A DNA stretch of 62,965 bases, counting the filler, from Neolecta irregularis DAH-3 (Eukaryota): the NCBI GenBank assembly GCA_001929475.1. It is 11 parts of 11 records of this genome, joined end to end, with 100 filler letters (N's around TTAATTAATTAA, not from the genome) between each part and the next. Parts side by side here need not be neighbours in the genome. Positions count along the whole stretch, not along the records: positions 48,450 to 53,958 come from LXFE01000458.1; positions 54,059 to 55,963 come from LXFE01003769.1; positions 56,064 to 60,178 come from LXFE01000459.1; positions 60,279 to 61,602 come from LXFE01003775.1; positions 61,703 to 62,965 come from LXFE01003784.1; 6 more parts are not named here. The stretch is one strand, 5' to 3'. The notes beneath the pieces were generated by a model. It was not told where the DNA came from. It did not search any database and saw nothing but the letters and a program-made list of their open reading frames with translations. Positions 50,937 to 62,965 of the stretch are shown in pieces; the stretch's first letter is position 1, and the number at the start of each line of letters is the position of its first letter. Made by a program: the position numbers and the translations under genes.

Positions 50937-51437
50937 CTAAACCTCAAGACTTTTTCCTACAGCAGGCAAATAGACATAGATTGGTTGGCAGATTAGATTA
51001 TGCTTGAAGTTGTGTATGTGCAAGACGTCGTTACATAGATCAAACTTACGACTGCCATAATAGGTGAGATATCCATCCGTGTTCCTGCCAAAGTGATGGG
51101 AATCAGCCGTCAAGTGGTTGTAGTCGGTAAACTGGAACAAGGGAGCAGTTCGCGAATCTTCGACTCCAAGGACATTCGCCCACCACGCTTTGCCGTGCGA
51201 AGTCCCTTCAACCGCACTAAGCCCACCATTATCTAAGTAATACGTGTGCTTAGGTTTAACATCACCCGAGATATCCGATATCCAGTACGTCTCAGATTTA
51301 AAGTTTTCTTCTCGCATAAAATCGGTATTAACTATAGTACCAGGAGCACCGAAATCGAAGTATTGGAACTGAAGGTAGTACGTGACTCTATCAGAGGTGA
51401 CGAGAGCTAATGCAGCGAAAATGGCGAGAAACTTCAT
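50937..51437 (-). CDS. Small secreted protein, 166 aa, 2 Cys, intronless
   Basis: Signal peptide MKFLAIFAALALVTS; TATAAG upstream; C-terminal DGYLTYYGSRKFDLC..CQPIYV. Confidence 0.8.
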   Translation of the reverse strand: MKFLAIFAALALVTSDRVTYYLQFQYFDFGAPGTIVNTDFMREENFKSETYWISDISGDVKPKHTYYLDNGGLSAVEGTSHGKAWWANVLGVEDSRTAPLFQFTDYNHLTADSHHFGRNTDGYLTYYGSRKFDLCNDVLHIHNFKHNLICQPIYVYLPAVGKSLEV

Positions 51438-54237
51438 TGGTGACAAGAATGATGACAATCACAGGGTTCTTATATGGTGTAGATACCAGCCTCGGCATAT
51501 TGGTCTTCTCGGTCCGACTTCACTCCGTTAGTAACAATCTAATTGTGAAACCAGGAAAATAGCAGATTAGAGAACAGCCTATGGGAGGCAACACATGGTT
51601 TTCCTTATCATCTACAGTTTGTCCCGAGTAACATGGAAACACACATTTCTTCAATTCCCAGTTATCGCGACAAACCTCATCGCCTCCCTCATCCTCTATC
51701 CTCTACCACTATCCCTATCTACCCCCAACAGTTATCTCCTCCCGCCCCTTCAGAACTCCTATCATTATCCCATATTGTCACATCCTTTACCTCAACTATC
51801 TTCGGCGGCATTTTTAGACCTCTGAGCACCCAATCAGCCAAAACCAACATGTTTCTATGTTTAAACTTTGAAGAACTAGGTCATTGGATTTGTCCGGCCA
51901 GCCAAAGGTCTCGTAGAGGGCACCCCAGATGTCGCCAAAGGAGCCTTTGATCACGTTGCAGGTGTCAAGGAGGATGACGCAGTAGAGGGAGACACTGGCG
52001 ACAGCAGGAAGCAAAAGAGAGAAGAGCAGGCCGCCATTGTAGAAGCTGGAGATCATCATGGCCAGGGTGTGGCATAGGCTTTGGGGAGAAACAGGACGCT
52101 GGCAGTGACGTATCTGATGACGGGCACCTGGTTGTCTGGGGATGGCAGGGGCACAGGGGTGGCAGTGCCCTCAGTGGGGACAGAGGCGATGTAGCGGCGG
52201 CTGGTGGTGGCGAGGACAAGCTTTAGGTGGCAGGGGAGGGGGGAGAGGGGGTGATTGCGGTGAGAGCGGCGAGTGGGGAGCCTGTGGGTTTGTGGCAGCA
52301 ACCAGAATATGCCCAGGCCGCGAGTCGCAGGAGCGTGACGGAGTAGCGAGAAACAGCACGAGGTAGCCAGTCCACAATGCAATTGGGTATGTTGGATGAG
52401 ATTCTCGAGGTGGTTTTGCAGTGGGAGCATGGGGGTGGTCAGACTCAGACTGAGCAGTGGAATGGAGTTGACTAGAGCGGGGGAGGAAGGTAGAGCCCTC
52501 TGCACAAACATCACGCTCTCGCCTCATCCTGCATCTATGGAAACTACATGCCTATTAGTTAGCCGTCATGCAAGATTGAGTCTTTACCCTGTGCGGGTAA
52601 TTTAGGGGAACGCCAACGAGCAGGATGCTGCAGGGGCGCACTTCAGCAAGGCAGTCGAGGATGCACAGGGCGAGGCTGGGGATGGTGGGCGAGGCTGGGG
52701 AGGCTGGGCTAGGCACGGTCAAAGGATACGAGTGCGATGTTTGCGACGAGGTAGACAGAGTGCAAGCACGGCTGGGTGGCAATGGAGAAGGTGATGCTGG
52801 CAGTGTTGCAGATGGGCTTTGAGCTTAGCCCAGCCCATTAAAAGACTGCGGTCTTAGCTTTTGCATCTTTTGCATAGGTGAGGTTGAAGATATATGGGAG
52901 GTAGTTATTAAATTCCGGCCAACTTAGTTTTCTTCCATGTGCAATGAAATCTTTGTCAGGGTATGATAAAGAAAACTGGATCAAGGGATTGACATACACT
53001 AATGGCAGCTCTAGACAGCTGATTTTCAGACAGCGAAGTCTGGAGATGCTGTAAAAGCTGCAAAAGATGTTGCAGACCATGCAGAGATAATGTTGATTAG
53101 AGATGTATTGTAGAGGATACTGATGATCTGGGTGGCCAATAAAATGTATGGAGATTACAGGTAACGGCGATGCCAGTATCGAAAAAGCAGACATAATTGA
53201 AGTAGTAGTCAATTAATGGAGGGTTGAATTACCTGCACAGGGTAAAGACTCAGTCTTGCATGACGATTTCGTGTGGTTGTACCCAGCTACCCATATCAGC
53301 AATGCCATTTTTAGCACAGAGCAGTAGGGGTAGTCGTAGATGGGGGCACCCATGTTTGTGGGGCTGACTTGGGCGGAGACATAGTGGTGGCCAATTGAGA
53401 GGAGGCACATCAACTGGGCGGCAGGGTTGATGGGCGCGGGGACAGGCAGGGGCAGGGATGGAAGTGAGGGATTGCGAGGGAAACTAGCAAGAGAACGAGG
53501 GGCGAGGAGGAGACAATGTGGGAGTAGTGGGGAGGAATGCAGTAAGGCAGGAGTAGGGATCCTGGGTAATGTGGTTTTGATTAGACTAGTAGGAAAGGAG
53601 ATGTAGGTAGGTCAAGCGGATGCGGGCAAATGAGGCCAGGATGGATGGGTGGTGTGGGAGGAAGGCATGGTTGAGGGCAACGGCAAGGCGGGCAAGCAGG
53701 GCCAGACAGTGAGGGTCAAGTGGGCGGTGGGCTGGAGGAGGCAGGCGAGTGTGGTGGGAGAGTGAGGAGGGAAGTCTTGACGGGGCGGAGGTGGTCATGG
53801 CCTGGATGACACGGTGGTTGAGGAAGGTGTAGTGCTGGCACTGTGAAAAAGATCAGGCAGCGAGGTGCAGGTGGTGGATGAGATGCAGCAGGCGCAGGGC
53901 AACCAGTGCAGGCAGGCGTAGGCGTGGGTCATAGTGGGAACAGTGGGGCCGCTGTATGNNNNNNNNNNNNNNNNNNNNNNNNNNNNNNNNNNNNNNNNNN
54001 NNTTAATTAATTAANNNNNNNNNNNNNNNNNNNNNNNNNNNNNNNNNNNNNNNNNNNNCTCTTTTCAATGCGGCCAAGTCAGACTCGACAATCTGGCAGG
54101 GGAGATGTGTCCAAGAAACGCAAGTCGGATTCTCCAGCATCCGGCTCGAAACGAACACGGGTGCAAGATGAACAAGTGGCTAGTATACTGGGTTGAATAA
54201 AACACACGCTTACAACCTCAGACGTAANNNNNNNNNN

Positions 54238-54516
<279 letters not shown>

Positions 54517-54647
54517 ATATAATCAACTGGATGTTGTTTGTAATTCTTTTATTGAATTTTGTAGAATCGATGCATCCTGTGGTGGCCTGTTTGTTTTGTT
54601 GTTTATGTAAAAACAGCCGCGACCCAGTTAAATATATTCTCTTTTCA

Positions 54648-55207
54648 ATGCGGCCAAGTCAGACTCGACAATCTGGCAGGGGAGATGTGTCCAAGAAACG
54701 CAAGACGGATTCTCCAGCATCCGACTCGAAACGAACACGGATGCAAGATGAACAAGTGGCTAGTATACTGGGTTGAATAAAACACACGCTTACAACCTCA
54801 GACGTAANNNNNNNNNNTAAACAAGATTCAGTCTGGAATTTTCTATAAAGACTGTACCCAAAAACAAGATGAGAGAATTCCAATGATAACCTATATGTAG
54901 TGCGAAACCTGATGTATGCGTTTGGCGATGAAAATCCCCCTGCCGCAGACACCGTTGCCATTCTCGAAGATATTGTTCTAGATTACCTGAATGAAATGGT
55001 ATTTACTCCGTTCGTTTGTATGTGGAGGCTGGCTGACGGTACAAGTGTCTGGAAGCAGCACGAATCGCTGGTCCGCGGAATAAAATCAAAGTAGACGATT
55101 TTAAATTTGCGTTACGAAAGGATCCGCGTAAATTGGGACGAGTGGAAGAGTTATTATCGATGCAAAAGCTGATCAACGAGGCGAGGAAACAGTTTGATGA
55201 AAAGTAA
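54648..55207 (+). CDS. TAF13: TFIID subunit Taf13; 3 introns, spans a 10-N gap
   Basis: IFYKDLRNLMYAFGDE..LEDIVLDYL..KIKVDDFKFALRKDPRKLGRVEELL. Confidence 0.9.
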
Positions 55208-55424
55208 TGCAGAGAAGAGTAATGGTGATTAATATTTGGAGTATAAGGGGTATGGTATAGTGTCGCTATGCACAAATTGCATAGACTCTTGAGTTAAAAT
55301 ATGAATATTGTCCGCAAGATATTCTGCTAAAGGAGACTGATCTTGCGAGTATCTTGGAAAAATTCACGTGGAGTGGCGACCAAGTAGGCTGCTCAATCCA
55401 CTCTCCACTTTTTTATTACACTGC

Positions 55425-55963
55425 ATGGCCCTAGGTACGCCTGTTCTTCGCTCCTTGTATCCTCGCCAGTTGCTGCGCCCAGTTACTTTATCGCCATCGA
55501 TACTCTGCCGTGCACTCAGTGCCCCGGCAACATCTCTTGAGCCCCGTAAACCTCGGCGCGAAGTTCCACTTGCATCACAGACAAAACCACAGGGCGCCCT
55601 CGATTATGTGCTCACTACTGCAGATGCTGTATTAAATTGGGCGCGCCAGGGTTCGATATGGCCAATGACATTTGGCCTTGCTTGTTGTGCTGTCGAAATG
55701 GTTTTTACCGTTCAACCTGGTTTCCGCTAAGTTGTAGATGCATCTCTCGGCATCCAGATACGACCAAGATCGCCTTGGGATTATTTTTAGGGCAAGTCCT
55801 CGCCAATCAGACGTTATGATCGTTGCCGGAACTCTGACAAACAAGATGGCTCCTGCACTACGCCGCGTTTACGACCAGATGCCCGAACCGCGTACCCTTT
55901 CCCTCTTTCTGGCCCCGTCTGAATTTTTTAGGGTGGGTTATTTCAATGGGAAGCTGTGCAAAT
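55425..55963 (+). CDS. NDUFS7: 5' part of complex I PSST subunit
   Basis: Mitochondrial presequence; [52 protein letters not shown]. Confidence 0.95.
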
Positions 55964-56063
55964 NNNNNNNNNNNNNNNNNNNNNNNNNNNNNNNNNNNNN
56001 NNNNNNNTTAATTAATTAANNNNNNNNNNNNNNNNNNNNNNNNNNNNNNNNNNNNNNNNNNNN

Positions 56064-57976
56064 TCTTTCATGTGTGTTGCAATATTTAGTCCCAAGGATC
56101 TCTGTACCTCTACCTGGTTGACCAGATCCCATATGGATAAGAATAAGTAGGTGATCAAGAAAACGCTGGACTTGATATTCGTATTGCTGTACAATGTGTG
56201 ATTTCCATACAAGTTTACTTCCAGTTGTATAATATGCCATTGCTTCAAGTCGTACAGGATCATTAAGAATAGATTGTAGTAGCCATTCACTAGATCCTTT
56301 GAATCCGTTGATTTCATTTGTCAGAAACGATTCGCCAATATTCTTTTGTCCGAAGTCATCCTTCATTCCTAAGATGTTAATAATAACCTTGTAATATACA
56401 TAAAAATACCCAAAAAGTCAAATTTTAATAAAGGATTATAGTCAAATAGTAGCTTTTCCTTTAATGTATATGTTGCTGCAAATACTTGTTCAGCCATAAA
56501 CCGCCGGAGATCTGACATCGCTAACTCAGTACACCGATAAGTAATGACTTCGCGTGCTTCATCCCAGTAAGTTGTCATTGGTGCAACTGTAGTTCGACCA
56601 ATTGCCATGCCGTATAGTCGGTTACTCAAAAGTTCTGACATTGGACCATCAGTTGTATTGAGAATCCATTTCTCACAATCAATTTGGAAATAGCTTTGGA
56701 ATGACTGGTTATCTTCCTTGAGTAAATCGTAATTTATGAGATTATATTCCAGAACGATTAGTTGTATGCAGTATATTAGTTTCGAGAGATATGGCGTAAA
56801 TTTATGTGGTTCCAAAAAGTTGCTTCCATTAGTGTTTAGACTGAGCGCCGCAGAAAAACTAATGATAGGTGATTCAAACACATTAAATTCGAGAGTATGA
56901 GCAATGAGACTATAACTCATTGATAGACATGCTTGATCCAAACTTTCATTGTCGCTCGGGCAGGAAAAGGTAGTATTAATATGAATTAATTGTTGGGGAG
57001 TAAGGTTGAATATCGCGATCCCAGGAAATAAATTATTGCATTGTATGCGATAAATAAAACATATCAGCTTTTTCCATATAGCGAAATATGATCTTGCTGT
57101 ATCTTCATTCTGCAAGACTTTAAATGGTTTTTGGCTCATTGTTCCTGACTGAAAGGTATTAAGAATTCGTGCATTTGCAAATGTCAACTTTCCTTTCCCT
57201 CTTTCATGTCTAGCAGACTTGAGCGATTTATTGAGTAGTCGATCAATGCTTCTACAGATGGCTTCCAATGACGTTTCATTGCTTCTTGTATTTGGGAGTT
57301 GATAAGCCTTGATGATATCAGCCCATGGAAGTCCATGCAAATATTCTCGATAACCCGTTTTTTGCATCCATGGTGTGTTTTCCGAGTTGTGTTCAATTGG
57401 CTGGATTGACATATGACGTTTAATAAGAAGGGTTTGTGAATCTCTGAAAGTTTGCAGTGTTGTTTCTTTTATAGAACTGATAACTGAATTATCGATGACT
57501 CTGCTATCTGCGACAAGAACACGGAAATATTTCAGAAAACTTTTGTGTGCGAAAAAGGTTTGCAGAATCGCTTCTTCCCATACGGGATTGGAATCCTTTT
57601 CATTCTTCCACTGGTGTTCCAATCGGGAGTGCAATTTTATCCTTTTGAGACCTATACAGCAGTAATTGCATCCTTCTGCCCTGCATTGAAAAGCATTCTG
57701 GTCAATGATATTCAATTCTTTAATTGCTGTTGTAATTCTACCTGGATAAACTATATCGGTCGGATTCCTTATCTCGAGGTGCGATAGTTCTTCTAGAAGA
57801 CGTTTCTTCTTTCCCCTGAATATACCATGTTTAGTACTTATATGAAGATCTAAATGTGACGGTCGAATTCCACTGCGGTGCTCAAGACAGATGAGTACCC
57901 CAAATTCAGGAAGAAATTTGAATATTTCTTTCCATATCATTTTGGGTATAGTCACCGTTCTTTCAACGCTTTCCAT
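56064..57976 (-). CDS. DUF3505 (OrsD-like)/C2H2 protein of the fungal telomere-linked RecQ-helicase-associated family, with start of a tyrosine-recombinase-like domain; 3' truncated
   Basis: VLICLEHRSGI..HISTKH; FQCRAEGCNY..HSRLEH; LQTFF..KYFRV; TPWMQKTGY; after 41-nt intron 56369-56409: KDDF..GESFL..LIHMGSGQPGRGTEI. Confidence 0.72.
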
Positions 57977-59938
57977 CGTAGCAAGTTTGACCTATCAAGT
58001 GAAGCACAATCTGGGTTCTTTGTAATGATGGAATTCAAAAAGAAGACTACAATATTAAAATGTATTTCACTTGAAAGTAGATCATTATACCGTATTGAAA
58101 TGAACGGTCAATATGTGAGTAAGATAATGATTGTAATGAGTGTAAGTATGGTATGCAATGGTTAGGAAATCAGGAAAAAGGGCAGCACACTAGAAGAGAA
58201 AGATATTTGGCCAAGAGAGAGATATAGGCAAATGGTAACGTATGGAGAGAACAAAGCTAATAACCAGCATGGAGCTTAAACTAGAAAAAATAGCCCAAAG
58301 TTTATTGCCGTTAAAACTATATTCAAAATATTATACCTAAAGATCAGACTCAAATTCCAATCGAACAAATGATCTCTATTTACTTCCTTGATTGTATCCA
58401 AATTTTGCAAAAGGGTTTTAAGAGTTGGGTATACAAATGCGTCCATAGGTGTATGTATTGCAGTCTGGTTCATCGTTTTATGTTCATCGTTGATAAAGAG
58501 ATGAAATAGCTTCTTCTGGGGTGTGGCAATGGATTTACCTTCAATGTCGTGACCGTCCTTGTTGTAGAGAGCGCCAGGTCGAGGTCATTGACGAGTTTGG
58601 GGTCAAATAGGCGAACACAGGGGCGACAAGCAGGTGGCTGCATTGGCCGGCCTCATAGACTTTGCGCAAGTAGCGAGTTATCCACAGCAGCTGTGGAGAA
58701 TGGAATGGGGCGAGCACAGCCTTGACGGATGGTGGTTGATTGAGTGTGGGCAGTAGTTGATTGCAGGCGATGGCTCATTGGCAATAGGCGGTGGTTGGCT
58801 AGAGTTGATGGCTGATTGACTGCAGGTTACCGCGAGCACAGGTCAGCGAGAGAGGGATCTGGGAGGAGAGATGGGGGTTGGGCATGTGGTACTCTGCAGG
58901 TGAGTGGCTGGGACAGGAATGCGGAGGAAATACAGGAGTGTTTATTTAAGCAGACCGAGTACTAGGAGGTGGTATGTGAGACTGGTATGCAAGGCAGAAC
59001 GCCAGGGGGTTTGCAGGACTTTGTGTGTAGTGTTCGTGGAGCGAGGCTTGCTTCTGCGGGTTATGACGAGGCAAAGGAGTGTTGAGAGGGGCTCGCTGAC
59101 ATGGAAGGTGTTTCAGGCGGCGGAAGATGCAATTCAGGCGGAGAACACGTAGTCTGAAGGCGGGACAAAGCACTGCTGCTACTGCTGGGCATCAGTCAGG
59201 CAGAAGTGTCAGGAGTAGGTCTGCGAGCAGGACAAAGCAATGCTGCTGGGCATTGAGCAGAGGGAGCAGCAGAAACACACAGTCCGTGGCTGCGGGGATC
59301 GTTGGAGGAATGGGAGCCGCTGGGACATGTCGAGGGAGACAAGGTTGAAGGACGAGTGCAAGCCTGTAAGGACTGGGATTTACGCCACCTCTCCTACTTT
59401 CCTCACTAATCTTTCCTCATGAAAAAGGAATTCAATCAAAACACATGCTATTATAAAAAATAAATCAATTAAACTCACGCCAATCTAAAAAGAAATAATA
59501 CTTTCCACTGACCAGTCGATCTCTGATATCTGATATTTCCTTACCATGCCATCCATCCATATGGCCACAGAGCTGTGGCGTCCCCGCGTCCCAGCCAACT
59601 ATGCAGACAGTAGCAGCTTCCCTGAATTACTCGCCGTCCAGGCCATTAGTACCCTCCATCTTCTTCACCTCATTCTCATTTGGTAGCGCGAATCCACTCC
59701 TCGTATCTCACAATTAGCGAGCGTCTCCTACTAAGCCATCTTTAACTTTGTTGTATAAACCCAACAGTTTCAATAGGAGCAAGAAAATCCGGTGTATGTA
59801 ATTGATATTTTAAACCAATGTGGTTTCTCGAGAGTATTATAATTGATTAAAAATTCACTATTTTCGAATGGCATGAGAAACAGGGGATTAGGGATGAGGT
59901 AATCGAGTTCCGTTTACAAAGTGAGCAGGTGTTGCCAC

Positions 59939-60178
59939 ATGTCGATAACGGTGAGCAGAGCTCATAAGAGGGCAGAACGAGCACTGGCGGTGTGGTATGA
60001 GGACTCCGGGTCGGAGGTCGATTCCCTCTCCTCCACCTCCAACCCCCGCGCCACTGTCTACTCTCCTATCTCGCCTGTGCCTCCTCTCCCCCTCCCGCCT
60101 CATCTGTCCCGCGCGTCCCTCCTGCCAAGGTCCGCAGCCTCAAAACTCCACCGCCATCCGATCCGAGACCGGCCTCCT
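59939..60178 (+). CDS. 5' fragment of a hypothetical Ser/Pro-rich protein
   Basis: ATG 59939 open to scaffold end; C-rich coding-like composition. Confidence 0.35.
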
Positions 60179-60278
60179 NNNNNNNNNNNNNNNNNNNNNN
60201 NNNNNNNNNNNNNNNNNNNNNNTTAATTAATTAANNNNNNNNNNNNNNNNNNNNNNNNNNNNNNNNNNNNNNNNNNNN

Positions 60279-61428
60279 TGAGATTGAGGAGACTGAGATT
60301 GAAGAGACTGAGACTGAAAAGAGGACTCGGATTGGGAGGGTTCAGGCAGCATGCGGCCACGGGCGGTGCGGGCGATGGCGGCGGTCATCGCGGGATACAG
60401 CTGCGTGACCTGGTCGAGGACGCTGCCGCGCAGAAGCAGGCACTCGGTCTGCGACACGGCCCTCGCGCTGGCGGTGCGCCGCGGGGCCAGCGCCAGCCAC
60501 GCGAGCTCGCCAAAGTACTGCCCGCGCCGCAGCGTCGCCTTGACCGCATGCGACGCCTCGTCCACGATCTCGACAGACCCCGACACGATAAAGAAGATCT
60601 CGCGGTCCGGCGGCACCGAGTCCTGCGCTATGATCGGCGCATACGGCGCATACGCCCGCGGCTGCACAGACAGCGCAAGAAAGTGCAGCGCCGCCGCCGG
60701 CAGCCCGCGGAACAGCGGGAACTGCGGTTAGCCTTGGGGTTAGGGTTGAGGGTTAACCCCCCGAATACCTCCTGGATGCTCCCGCGCACGTCGACCGGGT
60801 GCGCGTGCTGCGGCGCGCTCCAGCACGCCTCCTTCTGCTTGGCCAGCAGCGCCAGCCGCTCCTCGCTCGTCTCGCGGATCATCCGCTCCACCGCAGGGTA
60901 GCTCGGCAGCTGCGCCCGCAGCACCTCCGCCGTCAGCGCTAGCAGCAGGCACCGCGTCTGCGCAATCACGCTCGCCGTCCGCGGAATCGTAAACAGCACC
61001 CCGATCTCCCCGAAAAACGTCCCCGCCCGCAGCTCCGCGTACGTAGACTCCCCGTCCCGCGACACCACCGCAACACTGCCCTTGATAATAAAGTACATCG
61101 CCCGCGCAACCTCCCCCTCGATAATCTGCAGTCAGCAAGGCCCAGATCGCACCTACAATCTCGTCCTTGGGCGAGTGGTGCTGCGTCCGCAGCCGCGTCG
61201 CTATAAACTCGAGAAACGGCTGCGGCGCCTCCCGCAGCAGCGGAAACGTCCGCAGCGTCTGCCCGTCAGCCACATCCCGCATTTCCCCACCTCAAAGATG
61301 TCCAGCGGCACCTTTTCCTCCCCAGACACCCCCGCCGCCGCTTCCCGGTCCTGCTGGTACGCATAGTGCCGGTTTCCAAGCTGCGCAAGAGGCGACGGCT
61401 TGTAGCTGCGCCCTTTTCTGCAGTTCAT
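60279..61428 (-). CDS. Tandem cyclic-nucleotide-binding domain protein, 3' truncated; 3 introns
   Basis: VPLDIFETLRTFPLL, MYFIIKGSVAVVSRDGESTYAELRAGTFFGEIGVLFTIPRTASVIA, second domain GQYFGELAWLALAPRRTASARA. Confidence 0.88.
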
Positions 61429-61486
61429 CCAAGCGGCACGTGGAATATGGAGGGTTGGTGTCGCGATAGGTTCCTCCTCCACCAAT

Positions 61487-61602
61487 ATCCAATATCATCC
61501 ATATCATTAATCTATACATGTATTGCATCCAATATCATTAATCTATACATGTATTGCATCCAATATTATTAATCTATACATGTATTGCATCCAATATTAT
61601 TA
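61487..61602. repeat. 31-bp tandem repeat (ATCCAATATCATTAATCTATACATGTATTGC x ~3.5)
   Basis: Directly visible; runs into the gap. Confidence 0.9.
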
Positions 61603-61987
61603 NNNNNNNNNNNNNNNNNNNNNNNNNNNNNNNNNNNNNNNNNNNNTTAATTAATTAANNNNNNNNNNNNNNNNNNNNNNNNNNNNNNNNNNNNNNNNNN
61701 NNGACGGCGAGGGCCAGGGACGGCGAGTGGCTCCGAGACCCGCCCAGTCGCAGCTGCACCGACCACGTCGACAAGCGCCGTGCGGGATTAGCGCCAGCAC
61801 GCAGGTTCCAGTGCCTGGCGCCCGGATCCCTGATTAGCGAGTCCCGCATAGAGCATCCGTGCTATATAAGCATCCGCCCTCCTCTACCCTCTCCCGCTGC
61901 CCTCCTACTCTGCCCTACCGCACTCTGCCCTCCTACTCTGCCCTCCTACTCTGCCCTACCGCACTCTGTCCCCGCCCCATCTGGTCC

Positions 61988-62497
61988 ATGCACTGCACCC
62001 TGCCGCCGCTCTATGCGCCGTACTACTACCGCCTGCCCCGCGGCATCCCGCGCGCGCACCCCGCTGCGCAGCCGGCGCCCGCCTGGACCCAGCTGCCGCC
62101 GCTGGCCGTGCTGTTTGGCGACCTGTTGCTGCGTATTCTGCGGCGGTGGCTGCGCTGACTGCAGATCCTGCCGGTGCCGCGCCTCCCGCGCATCCTGCTG
62201 CGGCGCCCTCGCTCCCGCCCTCGCCCGCAGGCACCCCCTCGCCCTCCCCCAGCCACACAAGCCTCGCCCGCTGCGCCTCCGCAAAGGACCGCTACCTGTG
62301 TCCCGCCTGCGGAAAGGCGTTCGGCCGTCCAAGCAGCCTCAGGATCCACTCCCACACCCACACCGGCGAGCGCCCCTTCGTCTGCCCCCACTCCGGCTGC
62401 GAAAAGGCCTTTAGCGTGCGGTATCCTCTCCCGCCCCCCCACAAACTAACCCCCAAGCTCAAACATGAAACGCCATCTAAAGGTCCACGGCCTCTAG
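61988..62497 (+). CDS. C2H2 zinc-finger transcription factor, MtfA-like; 2 introns
   Basis: [60 protein letters not shown] at 61863. Confidence 0.85.
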
Positions 62498-62898
62498 TCG
62501 TCTGTACTCTTTGTATTAGGTTCGTCCGGTGTTGGTTGTATTTTGGGCCGTGGAGAAACTCTCGGCAACGATCGAGCTGCTCTCGTTTGGTTATCCTGGC
62601 TTGCTCGGTCTTAGGGGCTTGGTTCACTCGCACTAGAGTAATGAAAATATACAGTCGTATTCCCTCTTAATATGTATTTTCTATTGTATCTGATCCTATT
62701 AATTGGTTCCTATCTTGTTAACATTCGCTCGTCTTCATTATCGTTCTAATAATCTAATCTGCCACGCCAAATACACCTTGCTTCAGCACCATTACGTCAT
62801 CAACATTCATGCGTCATCATGCGTCATCAACATTCCTTACTACCCCCGAAAGGGATTACATTTAACCTCTTATCGTCCCATATCATCGAGTTAATCCC

Positions 62899-62965
62899 TT
62901 CTTTCATTCATCATTAGTTATCATCTTTCATTCATCATTAGTTATCATCTTTCATTCATCATTAG
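62899..62965. repeat. 24-bp tandem repeat (TCTTTCATTCATCATTAGTTATCA x ~3)
   Basis: Directly visible at window end. Confidence 0.9.

Overview
Gene-dense fungal nuclear DNA. It is 11 unrelated scaffolds joined by artificial 100-nt N/TTAATTAATTAA linkers, so there is no synteny across linkers. The organism is most consistent with an early-diverging ascomycete (Taphrinomycotina, e.g. Neolecta-like); this is an inference from protein sequences, retention of complex I and very small introns. About 30 genes can be reconstructed by hand-splicing: eIF2-beta, a GH3 beta-glucosidase, SPC34, RPN3, PET123, UBC4, FEN1, MSS4, an enoyl-CoA hydratase, NPT1, CUE3, two C2H2 factors, PFA4, a JEN1-like transporter, ATP3, two UBC6 paralogs, an aldo-keto reductase, a CLC channel, VPS41, CDC42, DNA ligase I, TAF13, NDUFS7, a cNMP-binding protein and several orphans. 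The most striking signal is the splicing code: about 120 hand-inferred introns, nearly all 30-47 nt, with eroded donors, frequent AAG/GAG acceptors, GC donors, a 5-nt microexon and a back-to-back duplicated intron. Other notable items are an anchorless UBC6 paralog, a DUF3505/tyrosine-recombinase-like element gene, a 156-bp solo LTR with a terminal hairpin, a circularly permuted TAF13-NDUFS7 unit and a pair of small secreted proteins. All gene models are manual and lack RNA evidence.
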